64,000 nt of DNA from positions 7,394 to 71,393 of the forward strand of contig DASTLR010000008.1 in NCBI GenBank assembly GCA_035714745.1, read 5' to 3'. The position numbers and the translations under genes were made by a program. Below, one piece after another: positions 27,859 to 37,946 of this stretch. Under the pieces are notes generated by a model. That model was not told the DNA's origin, searched no databases, and was given only the letters and a program-made list of their open reading frames with translations. The stretch comes from Minisyncoccota bacterium. GTDB taxonomy: Bacteria > Patescibacteriota > Minisyncoccia > Phycocordibacterales > UBA6065. Positions within the stretch are counted from its first letter, which is position 1. Every line of letters begins with the position of its first letter.

Positions 27859-28110
27859 ATGTTCAATATCTCTGATTATTTCAAGAAATTCGCCCGCCTG
27901 GAGGGCGAATCTCTGCTTCAAAAAGAAGCCATCGAACAGGCTCTGAAAGAAGTGTGCGGCATCCCGCATGCGGGCTACAGCCTAAAAAAAGGGGTCCTGA
28001 CCGTCAAAGGTTCGCCTATGTTGAAGTCAGTGGTCTTTACCAAGAAGCAGCAGCTTCTTGCGGCTCTACAGGCGTCGCTGCCGCAGGGCAGGATCACCGA
28101 CGTCCGCTAG
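27859..28110 (+). CDS. DUF721-domain small protein (DciA-like fold), 83 aa
   Basis: KKGVLTVKGSPMLKSVVFTKKQQLLAALQASLPQGRITDVR matches the DUF721 C-terminal pattern (GvLvV..s.....L.....ll..L...L....i.d). It sits in the dnaN-adjacent position typical of DUF721 genes. Confidence 0.45.
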   Translation: MFNISDYFKKFARLEGESLLQKEAIEQALKEVCGIPHAGYSLKKGVLTVKGSPMLKSVVFTKKQQLLAALQASLPQGRITDVR

Positions 28111-30681
28111 CTATCGTCCCTCTATCGCGACTTTCAGCGTGACCGTCGTATCTCTTTTGTTATAGATGGAGTCCTGAGTCGAGACGCGTACGGTGTTAGT
28201 CTCGCGGATGCTGCCGATATCCTTTGGCGCGAAGCGGAAGATGAATGGTTGACGGTCAAGGGTAGCGGCGAACTGGTCGTTGATATAGAGCGAGGCTTTC
28301 TGGACCGAGTATGGCCCAGTCGAATTGACCAGGATGGAGATCGGCTCGTTCAAGCCGTATGTTCGCGCTGGGTCGATTCCTTGGATAGTGACGGTCGAGG
28401 CGCTCGACTGGGTATGGAGATTGTCGGTGGCCGTCGGAATGACCGCGCTGGTCTGGTCGGTATAGCCATTTCTGAGCGCCCAGGCGCGCACAGGCGTCTC
28501 CCAGCGGATGAATTGAGGGTCGTCCTCTGGATGGGCGGGTGGCGGGCCGAGGGGATCGTTCTTGTCGACCCAATAGAGGATGTCATGGATCGATTGCACC
28601 GCTACCTCCTTGCGCGTTTCCGGCGGCGTGAATTCCGTCGCCAGCTTGCCGGTGACGGTGTCTATGGTATAGGTCTGGCCCCCTTGCCAGATGCCTCTCA
28701 TGACAGGCTTGAGAACGGAGGGGTCGGCGGGCGTCGGCGGCACGAAGCTCTCGTCAGGCAGAGTCGCGAGCGCCTGATGCATGAACGAGCTCCACATCGG
28801 CGCCACGATCTGGCCGGCGACCTTCTTGACCATGGGGCTGTTGTCGTTATTGCCTGCCCAGACGCCCACGACGATGTTCGGGGCATAGCCGACAGTCCAT
28901 GCGTCGCGCGAATCGTTCGTCGTACCTGTCTTTGCCGCTACGTCTCGATCGGGGAAGTAGAGCACGGAATTGGGGCTGTAGGCGGGCGTGCGGGCCTGGT
29001 TGTCCGAGAGAATGCTCGATATGGTCTCGGCCACGTTCGCCGGCAGGACGCGGCTCTGCTTGTCGCGGGGCAGGGCCACCTCGGAGCCTTTGGAGTCGAA
29101 GACGTGCAGGACCGGCTTGTAAGGGACGCGCACGCCGTCGTTGGCGAAGATGCCGTAGGCGCTCGTCATCTCTAGGAGCGATATCTCGCCGCCTCCCAGC
29201 ACCAAGGTCAGGCCGTATTGGTCGGCGTTCGTCAGGCTGGTGATGCCCATGTCCTTTGCCAGGGCGAGCGACGGCTTGATGCCGGCCAGATAGAGCGTCT
29301 TGATAGCCGGGATGTTGATCGACTGGGCCAGAGCCTCGCGCATGGTGATCGGTCCGCGGAACTTGTCGTCGTAGTTCTGTGGGTTATAGCAGACCTTTGG
29401 GTCGATTGAGGGGTCGATCGGCTTGCTCTGTCCCGTCTCGTCCATCAAGCACTGCGTGCTGAATTCCGTCTCTAGGTCAAAGAGCACGGTGTCGGGGGTA
29501 AAGCCCTTGATGAAGGCCTCGGAATAGATGATCGGCTTCATGGTCGAGCCGGGCTGGCGGTTCTTGGAGACGGCGACGTTGAATTCTCCGTCGATGGCCT
29601 TGTCGAAATAGTCGCGCGAGCCGACCATGGCCAGGATGCCGCCGGTCTTTGGGTCCAAGGCGACCAGGGCGGCGTTCGAAGCGGTGAAGTTCTTCTCGTT
29701 CGACAGCGCGGTGGTCTTTACCAGGTCCTCGGCCTTGGTCTGGAGGTCGGCGTCCAGGGTAGTGATGACCTTGTAGCCGCCGTCATCCAAGGAGCCTGCG
29801 CCCAAGATCTTCTCCAGATAGTCTTTGACGAAGAACACGAAGTGCGGCGCCTTGATGCCGAGGTTGTTCTTGGGCTGGAATTTGACCTGCTCGGCCTTTG
29901 CTTCGGCATATTGCGCGTCGGTGATGAAGTGGAGGTCGAGCATCTTGCGCAGGACGGTGTTCTTGCGCGCCTCCAGCTGGGCCACGTTCTTGCCGTAGGG
30001 GGAATAATAGGTCGTCGCCTGGGGGATGGCGGCCAGGTAGGCGGCCTCTGCCAAAGTCACGTCCCTGGCGTCCTTGCCGAAGAATTGCCGAGAAGCCTCC
30101 TCGACGCCATAGACGCTGCCGCCGTAGGGATTCTCGTTCAGATAGCTCGTCAGGATGGCGTCCTTGCTGAGGGTCTTGTCCAGTTTGATCGCCAGGACCC
30201 ATTCCTTGAGCTTGCGCGAGATGGTCTTGTCGCCGGTCAGCAAGGTATTCTTGACCACCTGTTGGGTGATGGTCGAGCCGCCCTGGCTGTAGCCGCCGGA
30301 AACGATGTTGGCGAGGATGGCGCGGATGATCGAGGTGATCTTGATGCCGTGGTGCTGATAGAAAGTCTCGTCCTCGATCGCCACCGTGGCGTTCTTTATG
30401 TAGGGCGAGATGTCGGCGGAAGGCAGGAGGGTGCGCTTGATGCCGTCGTGCAGGTCGTAGAGCAGGACCGTGCCGGTCTTGTCGTAGATCTTGGTCGATT
30501 CGGTGACCTTGCGGTTCTCGAAGGAGGACAGGTCAGGCAGGCGGAACGAGGAGATCCATAAGATCAAGACGCTGAGGAACACGAAGATCACAGAGAACGT
30601 CAGAATGAGGATGTCGCGTTTGGTGTGGGCTTTGACGTGCTGCCTGAGCCAGCGCAGGCGCCTGAAGGTCGTTTTTTTCAT
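28111..30681 (-). CDS. mrcA: Class A penicillin-binding protein (PBP1A: glycosyltransferase plus transpeptidase) with a C-terminal extension of about 220 aa
   Basis: N-terminal TM helix, GT51 motifs (EDETFYQHHGI, GGSTITQQ), transpeptidase motifs STMKP, SxN and KTGT. Confidence 0.85.
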   Translation of the reverse strand: MKKTTFRRLRWLRQHVKAHTKRDILILTFSVIFVFLSVLILWISSFRLPDLSSFENRKVTESTKIYDKTGTVLLYDLHDGIKRTLLPSADISPYIKNATVAIEDETFYQHHGIKITSIIRAILANIVSGGYSQGGSTITQQVVKNTLLTGDKTISRKLKEWVLAIKLDKTLSKDAILTSYLNENPYGGSVYGVEEASRQFFGKDARDVTLAEAAYLAAIPQATTYYSPYGKNVAQLEARKNTVLRKMLDLHFITDAQYAEAKAEQVKFQPKNNLGIKAPHFVFFVKDYLEKILGAGSLDDGGYKVITTLDADLQTKAEDLVKTTALSNEKNFTASNAALVALDPKTGGILAMVGSRDYFDKAIDGEFNVAVSKNRQPGSTMKPIIYSEAFIKGFTPDTVLFDLETEFSTQCLMDETGQSKPIDPSIDPKVCYNPQNYDDKFRGPITMREALAQSINIPAIKTLYLAGIKPSLALAKDMGITSLTNADQYGLTLVLGGGEISLLEMTSAYGIFANDGVRVPYKPVLHVFDSKGSEVALPRDKQSRVLPANVAETISSILSDNQARTPAYSPNSVLYFPDRDVAAKTGTTNDSRDAWTVGYAPNIVVGVWAGNNDNSPMVKKVAGQIVAPMWSSFMHQALATLPDESFVPPTPADPSVLKPVMRGIWQGGQTYTIDTVTGKLATEFTPPETRKEVAVQSIHDILYWVDKNDPLGPPPAHPEDDPQFIRWETPVRAWALRNGYTDQTSAVIPTATDNLHTQSSASTVTIQGIDPARTYGLNEPISILVNSTGPYSVQKASLYINDQFAATLDRQPFIFRFAPKDIGSIRETNTVRVSTQDSIYNKRDTTVTLKVAIEGR

Positions 30682-30719
30682 GTGTATTAGTATGATACAG
30701 TATTTCTATATATACCAAT

Positions 30720-31931
30720 ATGGATAGTACGAAGGAGATCCAGTCTTTTGTGACGCGCGGAATCGAGAACGTCTTTCCTTCCCGCGAAGCGCTCGCGGCC
30801 GCGCTTTCGCGCGCGCATGCGGAAGGCAAAAGGCTGACGATCTATCTGGGCATCGATCCGACCGGCCCCACCCTCCATATCGGCCATGCTATCCCCCTCA
30901 TGAAGCTGGGCGCCCTACAGAAGATGGGCCACCGCATCATCCTCCTTATGGGCGATTTCACGGCCATGATAGGCGACCCGACCGACAAGATGGCTGCCCG
31001 CAAGCAGCTCACACGCAAGGAGGTGCTGAACAACCTGAAGCTCTACAAGAAGCAGGCCTCGGTCTTCCTCTCTTTTAGCGGCAGGAACAAGGCCGAGATC
31101 AAGTACAACAGCAAATGGTTGGGCAAGATGTCGTTCGAGGACGTGGTCAGGCTGGCTTCGAACATGACCGTCGACCAGATGCTCAAGCGCGACATGTTCA
31201 GAGCGCGCATGGACGCGGGCAAGCCGGTCTATCTCCACGAGTTCCTGTACCCCTTGATGCAGGGTTACGATTCCGTGGCTATGGACGTCGACGCCGAGAT
31301 AGGCGGCAATGACCAGACCTTCAACATGCTGGCCGGGCGCGACCTGATGCGCTCGCTGCGGGACAAAGAGAAGTTCGTCATCGCTACCAAGCTCCTGGTC
31401 GACCCGACCGGCAAGAAGATGGGCAAGACCGAGGGCAATATGATCACCCTGGCAGACGAGCCCGCCGATATGTTCGGCAAGGTCATGAGCTGGAGCGATC
31501 CGCTCATCATCCCAGGCTTTGAGCTCTGCACGCGCGCTTCGGACGCCGAGATCGCTGCCGAGAGAGCTCTCTTGGACGGCGGAGCCAATCCTCGCGACTC
31601 AAAGGCGAAGCTCGCTCACGCCATCGTCGAACTCTACCGGGGCAGGGAGGCCGCCGACAAGGCCCACGAATCGTTCTTCTCCGCCTTCTCCAAGGGCGGT
31701 ATGCCGGATGACGTTCCGATGGCGGCTGTCGCCAAGGGTGCGTCGCTCGCCGATACGCTGGTCGCGCACCAGATAGTCTCCTCAAAGACCGAATTCAGGC
31801 GCCTCCTGACCGAAGGGGCCATCAAAGACCTGGCGAGCGGCCGTCAGCTCGGCCCGGAGGACCAGCTCGTCTCGTCGGACCTCGACCTCAAGATAGGCAA
31901 GCACCGCTTCCTCAAGATCAGGGCAAAATAG
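30720..31931 (+). CDS. tyrS: Tyrosine--tRNA ligase
   Basis: HIGH motif (LHIGHAIPL), KMSKS-type motif (KMGKT) and a C-terminal S4-like domain. Length typical of TyrRS. Confidence 0.8.
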   Translation: MDSTKEIQSFVTRGIENVFPSREALAAALSRAHAEGKRLTIYLGIDPTGPTLHIGHAIPLMKLGALQKMGHRIILLMGDFTAMIGDPTDKMAARKQLTRKEVLNNLKLYKKQASVFLSFSGRNKAEIKYNSKWLGKMSFEDVVRLASNMTVDQMLKRDMFRARMDAGKPVYLHEFLYPLMQGYDSVAMDVDAEIGGNDQTFNMLAGRDLMRSLRDKEKFVIATKLLVDPTGKKMGKTEGNMITLADEPADMFGKVMSWSDPLIIPGFELCTRASDAEIAAERALLDGGANPRDSKAKLAHAIVELYRGREAADKAHESFFSAFSKGGMPDDVPMAAVAKGASLADTLVAHQIVSSKTEFRRLLTEGAIKDLASGRQLGPEDQLVSSDLDLKIGKHRFLKIRAK

Positions 31932-31969
31932 AGAAAAGCCCCGGATTTCCGGGGCTTTTCTATGGAGGG

Positions 31970-32215
31970 CTACCAGCTGTCCTCCTCCGTAATGAAGTCT
32001 TTGATAGGGTCATCCTCCTCGCCGGACTCTTCCTCGTCGAGGAGGTCGTCGCCCAGCTCCGCTACCTCTTCCTCGTCGTCATCGGAGGCGATCTTCTTTG
32101 GGCTTGGGTCGTCCTCCGCCTCGTCCTCGTCGTCCTTGAGCCTGACCGGCTTCTCGTCGAGCTCGCTGATGTCTCGCTGTGGCGCTTCTGCTGGTTGTGT
32201 TCTCTTTCGCGGCAT
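31970..32215 (-). CDS. Hypothetical highly acidic small protein (Asp/Glu about 45%)
   Basis: 81 aa ORF rich in Asp/Glu and followed by a terminator-like hairpin. The call is uncertain. Confidence 0.3.
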   Translation of the reverse strand: MPRKRTQPAEAPQRDISELDEKPVRLKDDEDEAEDDPSPKKIASDDDEEEVAELGDDLLDEEESGEEDDPIKDFITEEDSW

Positions 32216-32291
32216 GTGTTTTTTCTTGAATATCGCTATTTGTAGCAGATCCCTTTTTGTTTGGGAAGCTTGCCTTCTGTGGAAAAGTATT

Positions 32292-32780
32292 TTATGAGAG
32301 CCTTTCGCAGGCGAAGCAGGTCAGGCCGACGGCGATAGCGTCGTATTCGTCGTCGTAGCGGATGGCGTCGGCGCCCTTTTTGACGTCGATGAGGCGGGGG
32401 ATCATGGCGATGACCTGTTTCTTGTCGCTCTTGCCGTGGCCGGTGACCGCTACCTTTATCTGGCCGGGGCCGTACTCGTAGACTTTCAAGCCGTGACGCG
32501 CCGCCGCGGCCAGTATGACGCCGCGGACCTCCGCCACTTTGGTGGCGGTCTTCTGGTTGACGCTGAAGAAGAGCGTCTCGAGGCAGAGCGCCTGCGGCGC
32601 GTAGAGGGCGATGACGCGGTCGAGCTCGGTCGCCACCAGGCCCAGGCGCTGGTCGTGGGGGAGGGCCTTGTCGGTCTGGAAGCACTCAGAATAGACGAGC
32701 GATTCGCGCTCGCGGGGATTCTTTTCGAGGATAGCGACCCCGAGGCGCTCGTACCCTGGGTCGATGGCGATGATGCGCAT
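32292..32780 (-). CDS. ruvC: Crossover junction endodeoxyribonuclease RuvC
   Basis: MRIIAIDPGYERLGVA plus the catalytic Asp/Glu pattern. Confidence 0.9.
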   Translation of the reverse strand: MRIIAIDPGYERLGVAILEKNPRERESLVYSECFQTDKALPHDQRLGLVATELDRVIALYAPQALCLETLFFSVNQKTATKVAEVRGVILAAAARHGLKVYEYGPGQIKVAVTGHGKSDKKQVIAMIPRLIDVKKGADAIRYDDEYDAIAVGLTCFACERLS

Positions 32781-32789
32781 GCGCCTATT

Positions 32790-33317
32790 CTACTCTACAT
32801 TCGTGAACACCTCCTGCACCTCTTCGTTCGCCTCCAGCGCCTCGACGAGCTTCTGTAGCAGCTCGAGGTCTGCGTCCGAGAGGTCGACGCTCATGGTGGC
32901 CTTCCATGCGGCGCCTTCGCGGGCAAATGCCCATGAGGCGCTGCCTGGGGCCGCCAGGGCGTAGCCGTTGTCGGCCAGGATGTGCTTGACCTCTTGGGCG
33001 GCTTTGTTCTTGTTCGTCGTCAGGGCCTCTATCATCAGGGCGCAGCCGCCCGGGCCGTACGCCTCATAGATGATGGATTCCAGGGCCTGGCCAGGCTCGG
33101 AGGCTTTCTTGACCGCGCGCTCGATGACCTCGTTCGTCACGTCCTCGGATTTGGCGCGGTCGATGAGGGCGCGCAGCGAGGGCGAGTTCCTGTCGCCTTT
33201 GACTTTCTGCGCCTCGGCGGAGATGAGCTTGGAATATTTAGAGTAGAGCTTAGACTTCGCTCCGTCGGTCTTGGCTTTCTTGTCCTTGATCTGCTTCCAT
33301 TTATTGTGTCCGGCCAT
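32790..33317 (-). CDS. yebC: YebC/PmpR-family transcriptional regulator (short form)
   Basis: MAGHNKWKQIKDKKAKTDGAKSKLYSK matches the YebC N-terminus. Syntenic with ruvC as in many bacteria. Confidence 0.8.
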   Translation of the reverse strand: MAGHNKWKQIKDKKAKTDGAKSKLYSKYSKLISAEAQKVKGDRNSPSLRALIDRAKSEDVTNEVIERAVKKASEPGQALESIIYEAYGPGGCALMIEALTTNKNKAAQEVKHILADNGYALAAPGSASWAFAREGAAWKATMSVDLSDADLELLQKLVEALEANEEVQEVFTNVE

Positions 33318-33364
33318 ATTTTTAACTTATGACTAACAACCTACAACGTACAACGGAAACCTGG

Positions 33365-34387
33365 CTATAACAACTTCTTGTTGTGGGTTGTCTGGTGTCT
33401 GTTGTCGGTTATCTTCATATGCCCATACGCCTTCTCGGTGACCTTGCGGCCGCGCGGGGTGCGCTCGATGAGGCCCAGCTGGAGGAGATATGGCTCGTGC
33501 ACCTCTTCGATGGTTGCTTCCTCCTCGGCTAGGGAGGCGGCCAGAGTGTTCAGGCCCACCGGCCCGCCGCCGAATTTGTCGATGAGGGTGCGCAGGAGCT
33601 CGCGGTCGGCCTGGGTCAGGCCCAGCTCGTCGATGCCGAGCATGGAGAGGGCGCGGTCGACGATCTCGACCGAGACGGTCGCCTTTTCCACCTGGGCCAG
33701 GTCGCGCACGCGCTTGAGGAGGAAGTTTGCCGTCCTCGGCGTGAAGCGGCTGCGCTGGGCGATCTTCTCCGACGATTTTTCGTCGATGTCGATCTTCAGG
33801 AGCTTGGCCGAGCGGTGGATGATGGTCTGGATCTCCTTGTCCGTATAGAATTCCAGCCTAAAGGTGCCGCCCGAGAAGCGCGAGCGCAGCGGAGCCGAGA
33901 GCATGGCCACGCGCGTGGTGGCGGCGATGAGGGTGAAGGGAGGGAGCTCCAGCTGGATGGTGCGGGCGCTCGGGCCCTTGCCGATGATGATGTCGAGCGA
34001 GCCCGACTCCATGGCGGGGTAGAGGACTTCCTCGATGTTCTTGTTCAGGCGGTGGATCTCGTCGATGAAGAGGATGTCGCCCGCAGCCAGGTTCGTCAGG
34101 ATGGAAGCCAGGTCGCCGACCTTCTCGATGGCCGGACCCGAGGTGGCCTTTAGCTGGGAGGCTGTCTCTTTGGCGATCAGATGGGCCAGGGTGGTCTTGC
34201 CCAGGCCGGGAGGGCCATAGAAAAGGACGTGCTCGGGCGGGTGCTTGCGCTCGGCGGCGGCCTTCAAAAGGACCTTGAGGTTCTCCTTGATGGTCTTTTG
34301 ACCGATATATTCGTCCCAGGACGACGGGCGCAGGGTCGTATCCAGGAAGAGCTCGTCGGCGCTGATGTTCTTGGGAGTACTTGACAT
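33365..34387 (-). CDS. ruvB: Holliday junction branch-migration ATPase RuvB
   Basis: LDEYIGQ...VLFYGPPGLGKTTLA...DEIHRL plus a winged-helix C-terminus. Confidence 0.95.
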   Translation of the reverse strand: MSSTPKNISADELFLDTTLRPSSWDEYIGQKTIKENLKVLLKAAAERKHPPEHVLFYGPPGLGKTTLAHLIAKETASQLKATSGPAIEKVGDLASILTNLAAGDILFIDEIHRLNKNIEEVLYPAMESGSLDIIIGKGPSARTIQLELPPFTLIAATTRVAMLSAPLRSRFSGGTFRLEFYTDKEIQTIIHRSAKLLKIDIDEKSSEKIAQRSRFTPRTANFLLKRVRDLAQVEKATVSVEIVDRALSMLGIDELGLTQADRELLRTLIDKFGGGPVGLNTLAASLAEEEATIEEVHEPYLLQLGLIERTPRGRKVTEKAYGHMKITDNRHQTTHNKKLL

Positions 34388-34705
34388 ATAGGATGCTTTG
34401 TGCTAAGATACCACCGTAGTCGATTCTCGGCCTTTTCCGATCATTCCAGGGTATAAATCTCTAAGCAATTAAACCTTCGGTTTACTGGGCGAAACTCATA
34501 GGACGCTCTGGTTAGACTCCGGTCTTCCTACTGGGGCTATCCTACGACCTCGCCCTAGCTTTCGATGCACTTCGCAAGTATTGCTTAGAGATTTATGCTC
34601 TGGAACTTTCTTTTTCCATACTACTCCTCCCATCTGCGGACGCAATACTCGTTTTCCAAGGGAACACGGGGCCGAAGGGCAGGCAACTAGCTCTCATTCC
34701 TCTCG

Positions 34706-35050
34706 TTACGCCGCCTTTTTGAATGACGACCTCTTTTCTTCGTTCAAGGCCTCTTCAAGGACGTGGTGAAGGCGCTGAAGCTCCATCTCGTGAGCCTTGT
34801 GCTCGTTCTGGAACTTCGCCAGCTCGCGCTGGGCGATGAGGAGCGCCGCTTTGTCGCGCTGCAGGTTCCTTTCGTGCTCGCGCTTCTTCTCCTCGGCTTC
34901 CTTGAGGCCGGCTTCAGAGGCGCGGATGGCTTCGTTGAGCTTTTGTACGGCGACTTCTTTCTCTTGGAATTCGTGCGCGCTCCTATCCATGGCCGCCTCG
35001 AGCGCGTGGACCTGCGCGGTGATGTTCTGTGATTGTATACCCATAGGCAT
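34706..35050 (-). CDS. Hypothetical coiled-coil protein (about 114 aa) co-transcribed downstream of pilB
   Basis: Start at the internal MPMGIQ 10 nt after the pilB stop, with a GGAGG ribosome-binding site. The upstream part of the tracked 196 aa ORF is a low-complexity Ser/Arg artefact. Confidence 0.45.
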   Translation of the reverse strand: MPMGIQSQNITAQVHALEAAMDRSAHEFQEKEVAVQKLNEAIRASEAGLKEAEEKKREHERNLQRDKAALLIAQRELAKFQNEHKAHEMELQRLHHVLEEALNEEKRSSFKKAA

Positions 35051-35060
35051 TCTTTGATTA

Positions 35061-36737
<1,677 letters not shown>

Positions 36738-36905
36738 GGAGATATTTTAGCACGACCCTGCTCGGCTTTGTGATTTTGGAGGGTATGGATATTCGCCTGC
36801 TGGCGAATTCCTCGTGCTCGCCCCGTCGGGCTCGCAAGCCCCTCCAAGATCACAAAGCCGAGCAAGGAAGCGGTGGAACGCCTTCGTGGACCTGCCGGAG
36901 CAGTA

Positions 36906-36934
36906 TTGACAGCATGGTATTAAAGGTGTATAAT
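36906..36934 (+). promoter_or_regulatory. Consensus sigma70-type promoter (TTGACA, 17 nt spacer, TATAAT) upstream of the lipoprotein gene
   Basis: The sequence reads TTGACAgcatggtattaaaggtgTATAAT. Confidence 0.5.
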
Positions 36935-36994
36935 AGAAGAAGTGAGCGTGGTATGGCGCCGCGCTTCGGAAATCCTGGTCGGTCTCCTTTTTCC

Positions 36995-37393
36995 ATGAAA
37001 ACCTCGAAATTCGTTCTTTTTAGCGTGATGGCGGCGGTCGCATTCCTTTCTTTTGGCTGCGCGCATCGGGCCGATCCGAACTGGCGGCCGTCGGCCCGGG
37101 TCGACTTCGTCAATTCGACGCCGGGCGCCCACGTCCGCGTGCGGGACAACTACGACAACACGTGGAGTCCCTTCGTTCCGTATGGCCAGAGCGTCTGGGT
37201 GCCGCTCCATATGAGCTACTACTCCGTCATCGCCTCGGCGACGGTGGAAGTGGTGGCGAACGGACGGAGCAGCATGCTGCCCTATCAGAACAGCTGGAGC
37301 ACCGGGCAGGGCGGGATCTTTTACGCCAACGTCCTGGTCCAGGGCGGCGGCCGGGGTCCAAGCGTCTCGCTCGTAGCCTCGACGGCGTATTGA
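36995..37393 (+). CDS. Hypothetical lipoprotein or secreted protein
   Basis: Signal peptide MKTSKFVLFSVMAAVAFLSFGC with a Cys at the cleavage position. Internal start of the tracked 207 aa ORF. Confidence 0.45.
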   Translation: MKTSKFVLFSVMAAVAFLSFGCAHRADPNWRPSARVDFVNSTPGAHVRVRDNYDNTWSPFVPYGQSVWVPLHMSYYSVIASATVEVVANGRSSMLPYQNSWSTGQGGIFYANVLVQGGGRGPSVSLVASTAY

Positions 37394-37477
37394 GCGGCGG
37401 TTTCGGCCCAAGCGCCTGCTTTTCGAAGGCTCGCCTCGCGCGGGCCTTTTTCATTTCTCTGTGTATATAATGCAGGC

Positions 37478-37915
37478 ATGATATCGAGAAGCCTGGAAGA
37501 GACGGCAAAGATCGCTGCCGATCTGGCAAAGAGCCTGGAGCCGGCGGCAGGCGGGGGAGCGACGGTCGTCGCCCTCTCGGGCGACCTGGGCGCGGGCAAG
37601 ACTACGTTCGCAAAGGCGTTCGCGGCGGCTCTCGGCCTGCGTCCAGAGGACGTCACCAGCCCGACCTTCGTCATCGAGAAGCGCTTCGATATCGGCGACC
37701 ATGCGCATTTCCGCCGCTTCATCCATATAGACGCCTATCGGCTGGAGAAAGCCGGCGAGGTCATGCGCCTGGGCTGGGCCGAGACCGTGGCCGATCCGGC
37801 GAACCTCGTCCTCATCGAATGGCCCGAGAACATCGGCGACGCCCTGCCGGCGGACGCGGTGCGGGTCAACTTTGCATATGTGAGCGAAGAGGCAAGGGAG
37901 ATAGTCGTTCAATAA
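37478..37915 (+). CDS. tsaE: tRNA threonylcarbamoyladenosine biosynthesis ATPase TsaE (YjeE)
   Basis: VALSGDLGAGKTTFAKAF...LIEW, the TsaE signature. Confidence 0.8.
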   Translation: MISRSLEETAKIAADLAKSLEPAAGGGATVVALSGDLGAGKTTFAKAFAAALGLRPEDVTSPTFVIEKRFDIGDHAHFRRFIHIDAYRLEKAGEVMRLGWAETVADPANLVLIEWPENIGDALPADAVRVNFAYVSEEAREIVVQ

Positions 37916-37946
37916 AAAAGCCGCTCATAGAGCGGACCGGAGGGTT

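Noticed and set aside
34640-34705. Possible RNase P RNA P4-like stretch on the plus strand (ggaacacggggccgaagggcagg...gttacgcc), loosely resembling GGAAAGUCCGGGC...GGGCAGG...GUAACGCC
   Set aside because: It would have to extend 250 nt or more into the coiled-coil protein gene that is co-transcribed with pilB on the other strand, and the other conserved RNase P RNA elements were not found. The resemblance is probably chance.
34388-34705. Assignment of the structured region to SRP RNA, tmRNA or 6S RNA
   Set aside because: The SRP domain IV motif (GGAAGCAGC with a GNRA loop) is absent. No tRNA-like acceptor or CCA end and no tag reading frame ending in ALAA were found for tmRNA. The element is kept only as an unclassified structured element.
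36761-36862. c-di-GMP class I (GEMM) riboswitch upstream of pilB
   Set aside because: Only a loose CACAAAGCC similarity to the GEMM GCAAAGCC segment. The tetraloop-receptor architecture and other conserved positions were not found.
36770-37393. Upstream extensions of tracked ORFs. The same applies to 42813-43790, 49051-49872, 52474-53040, 53178-53735, 38248-40899 and 2388-2675.
   Set aside because: The N-terminal extensions overlap promoters, terminators or tRNA genes. Internal Met codons give canonical N-termini (a signal peptide, a TM anchor, DedA, L19, DUF2127, the Pol I 5'-nuclease, S15).
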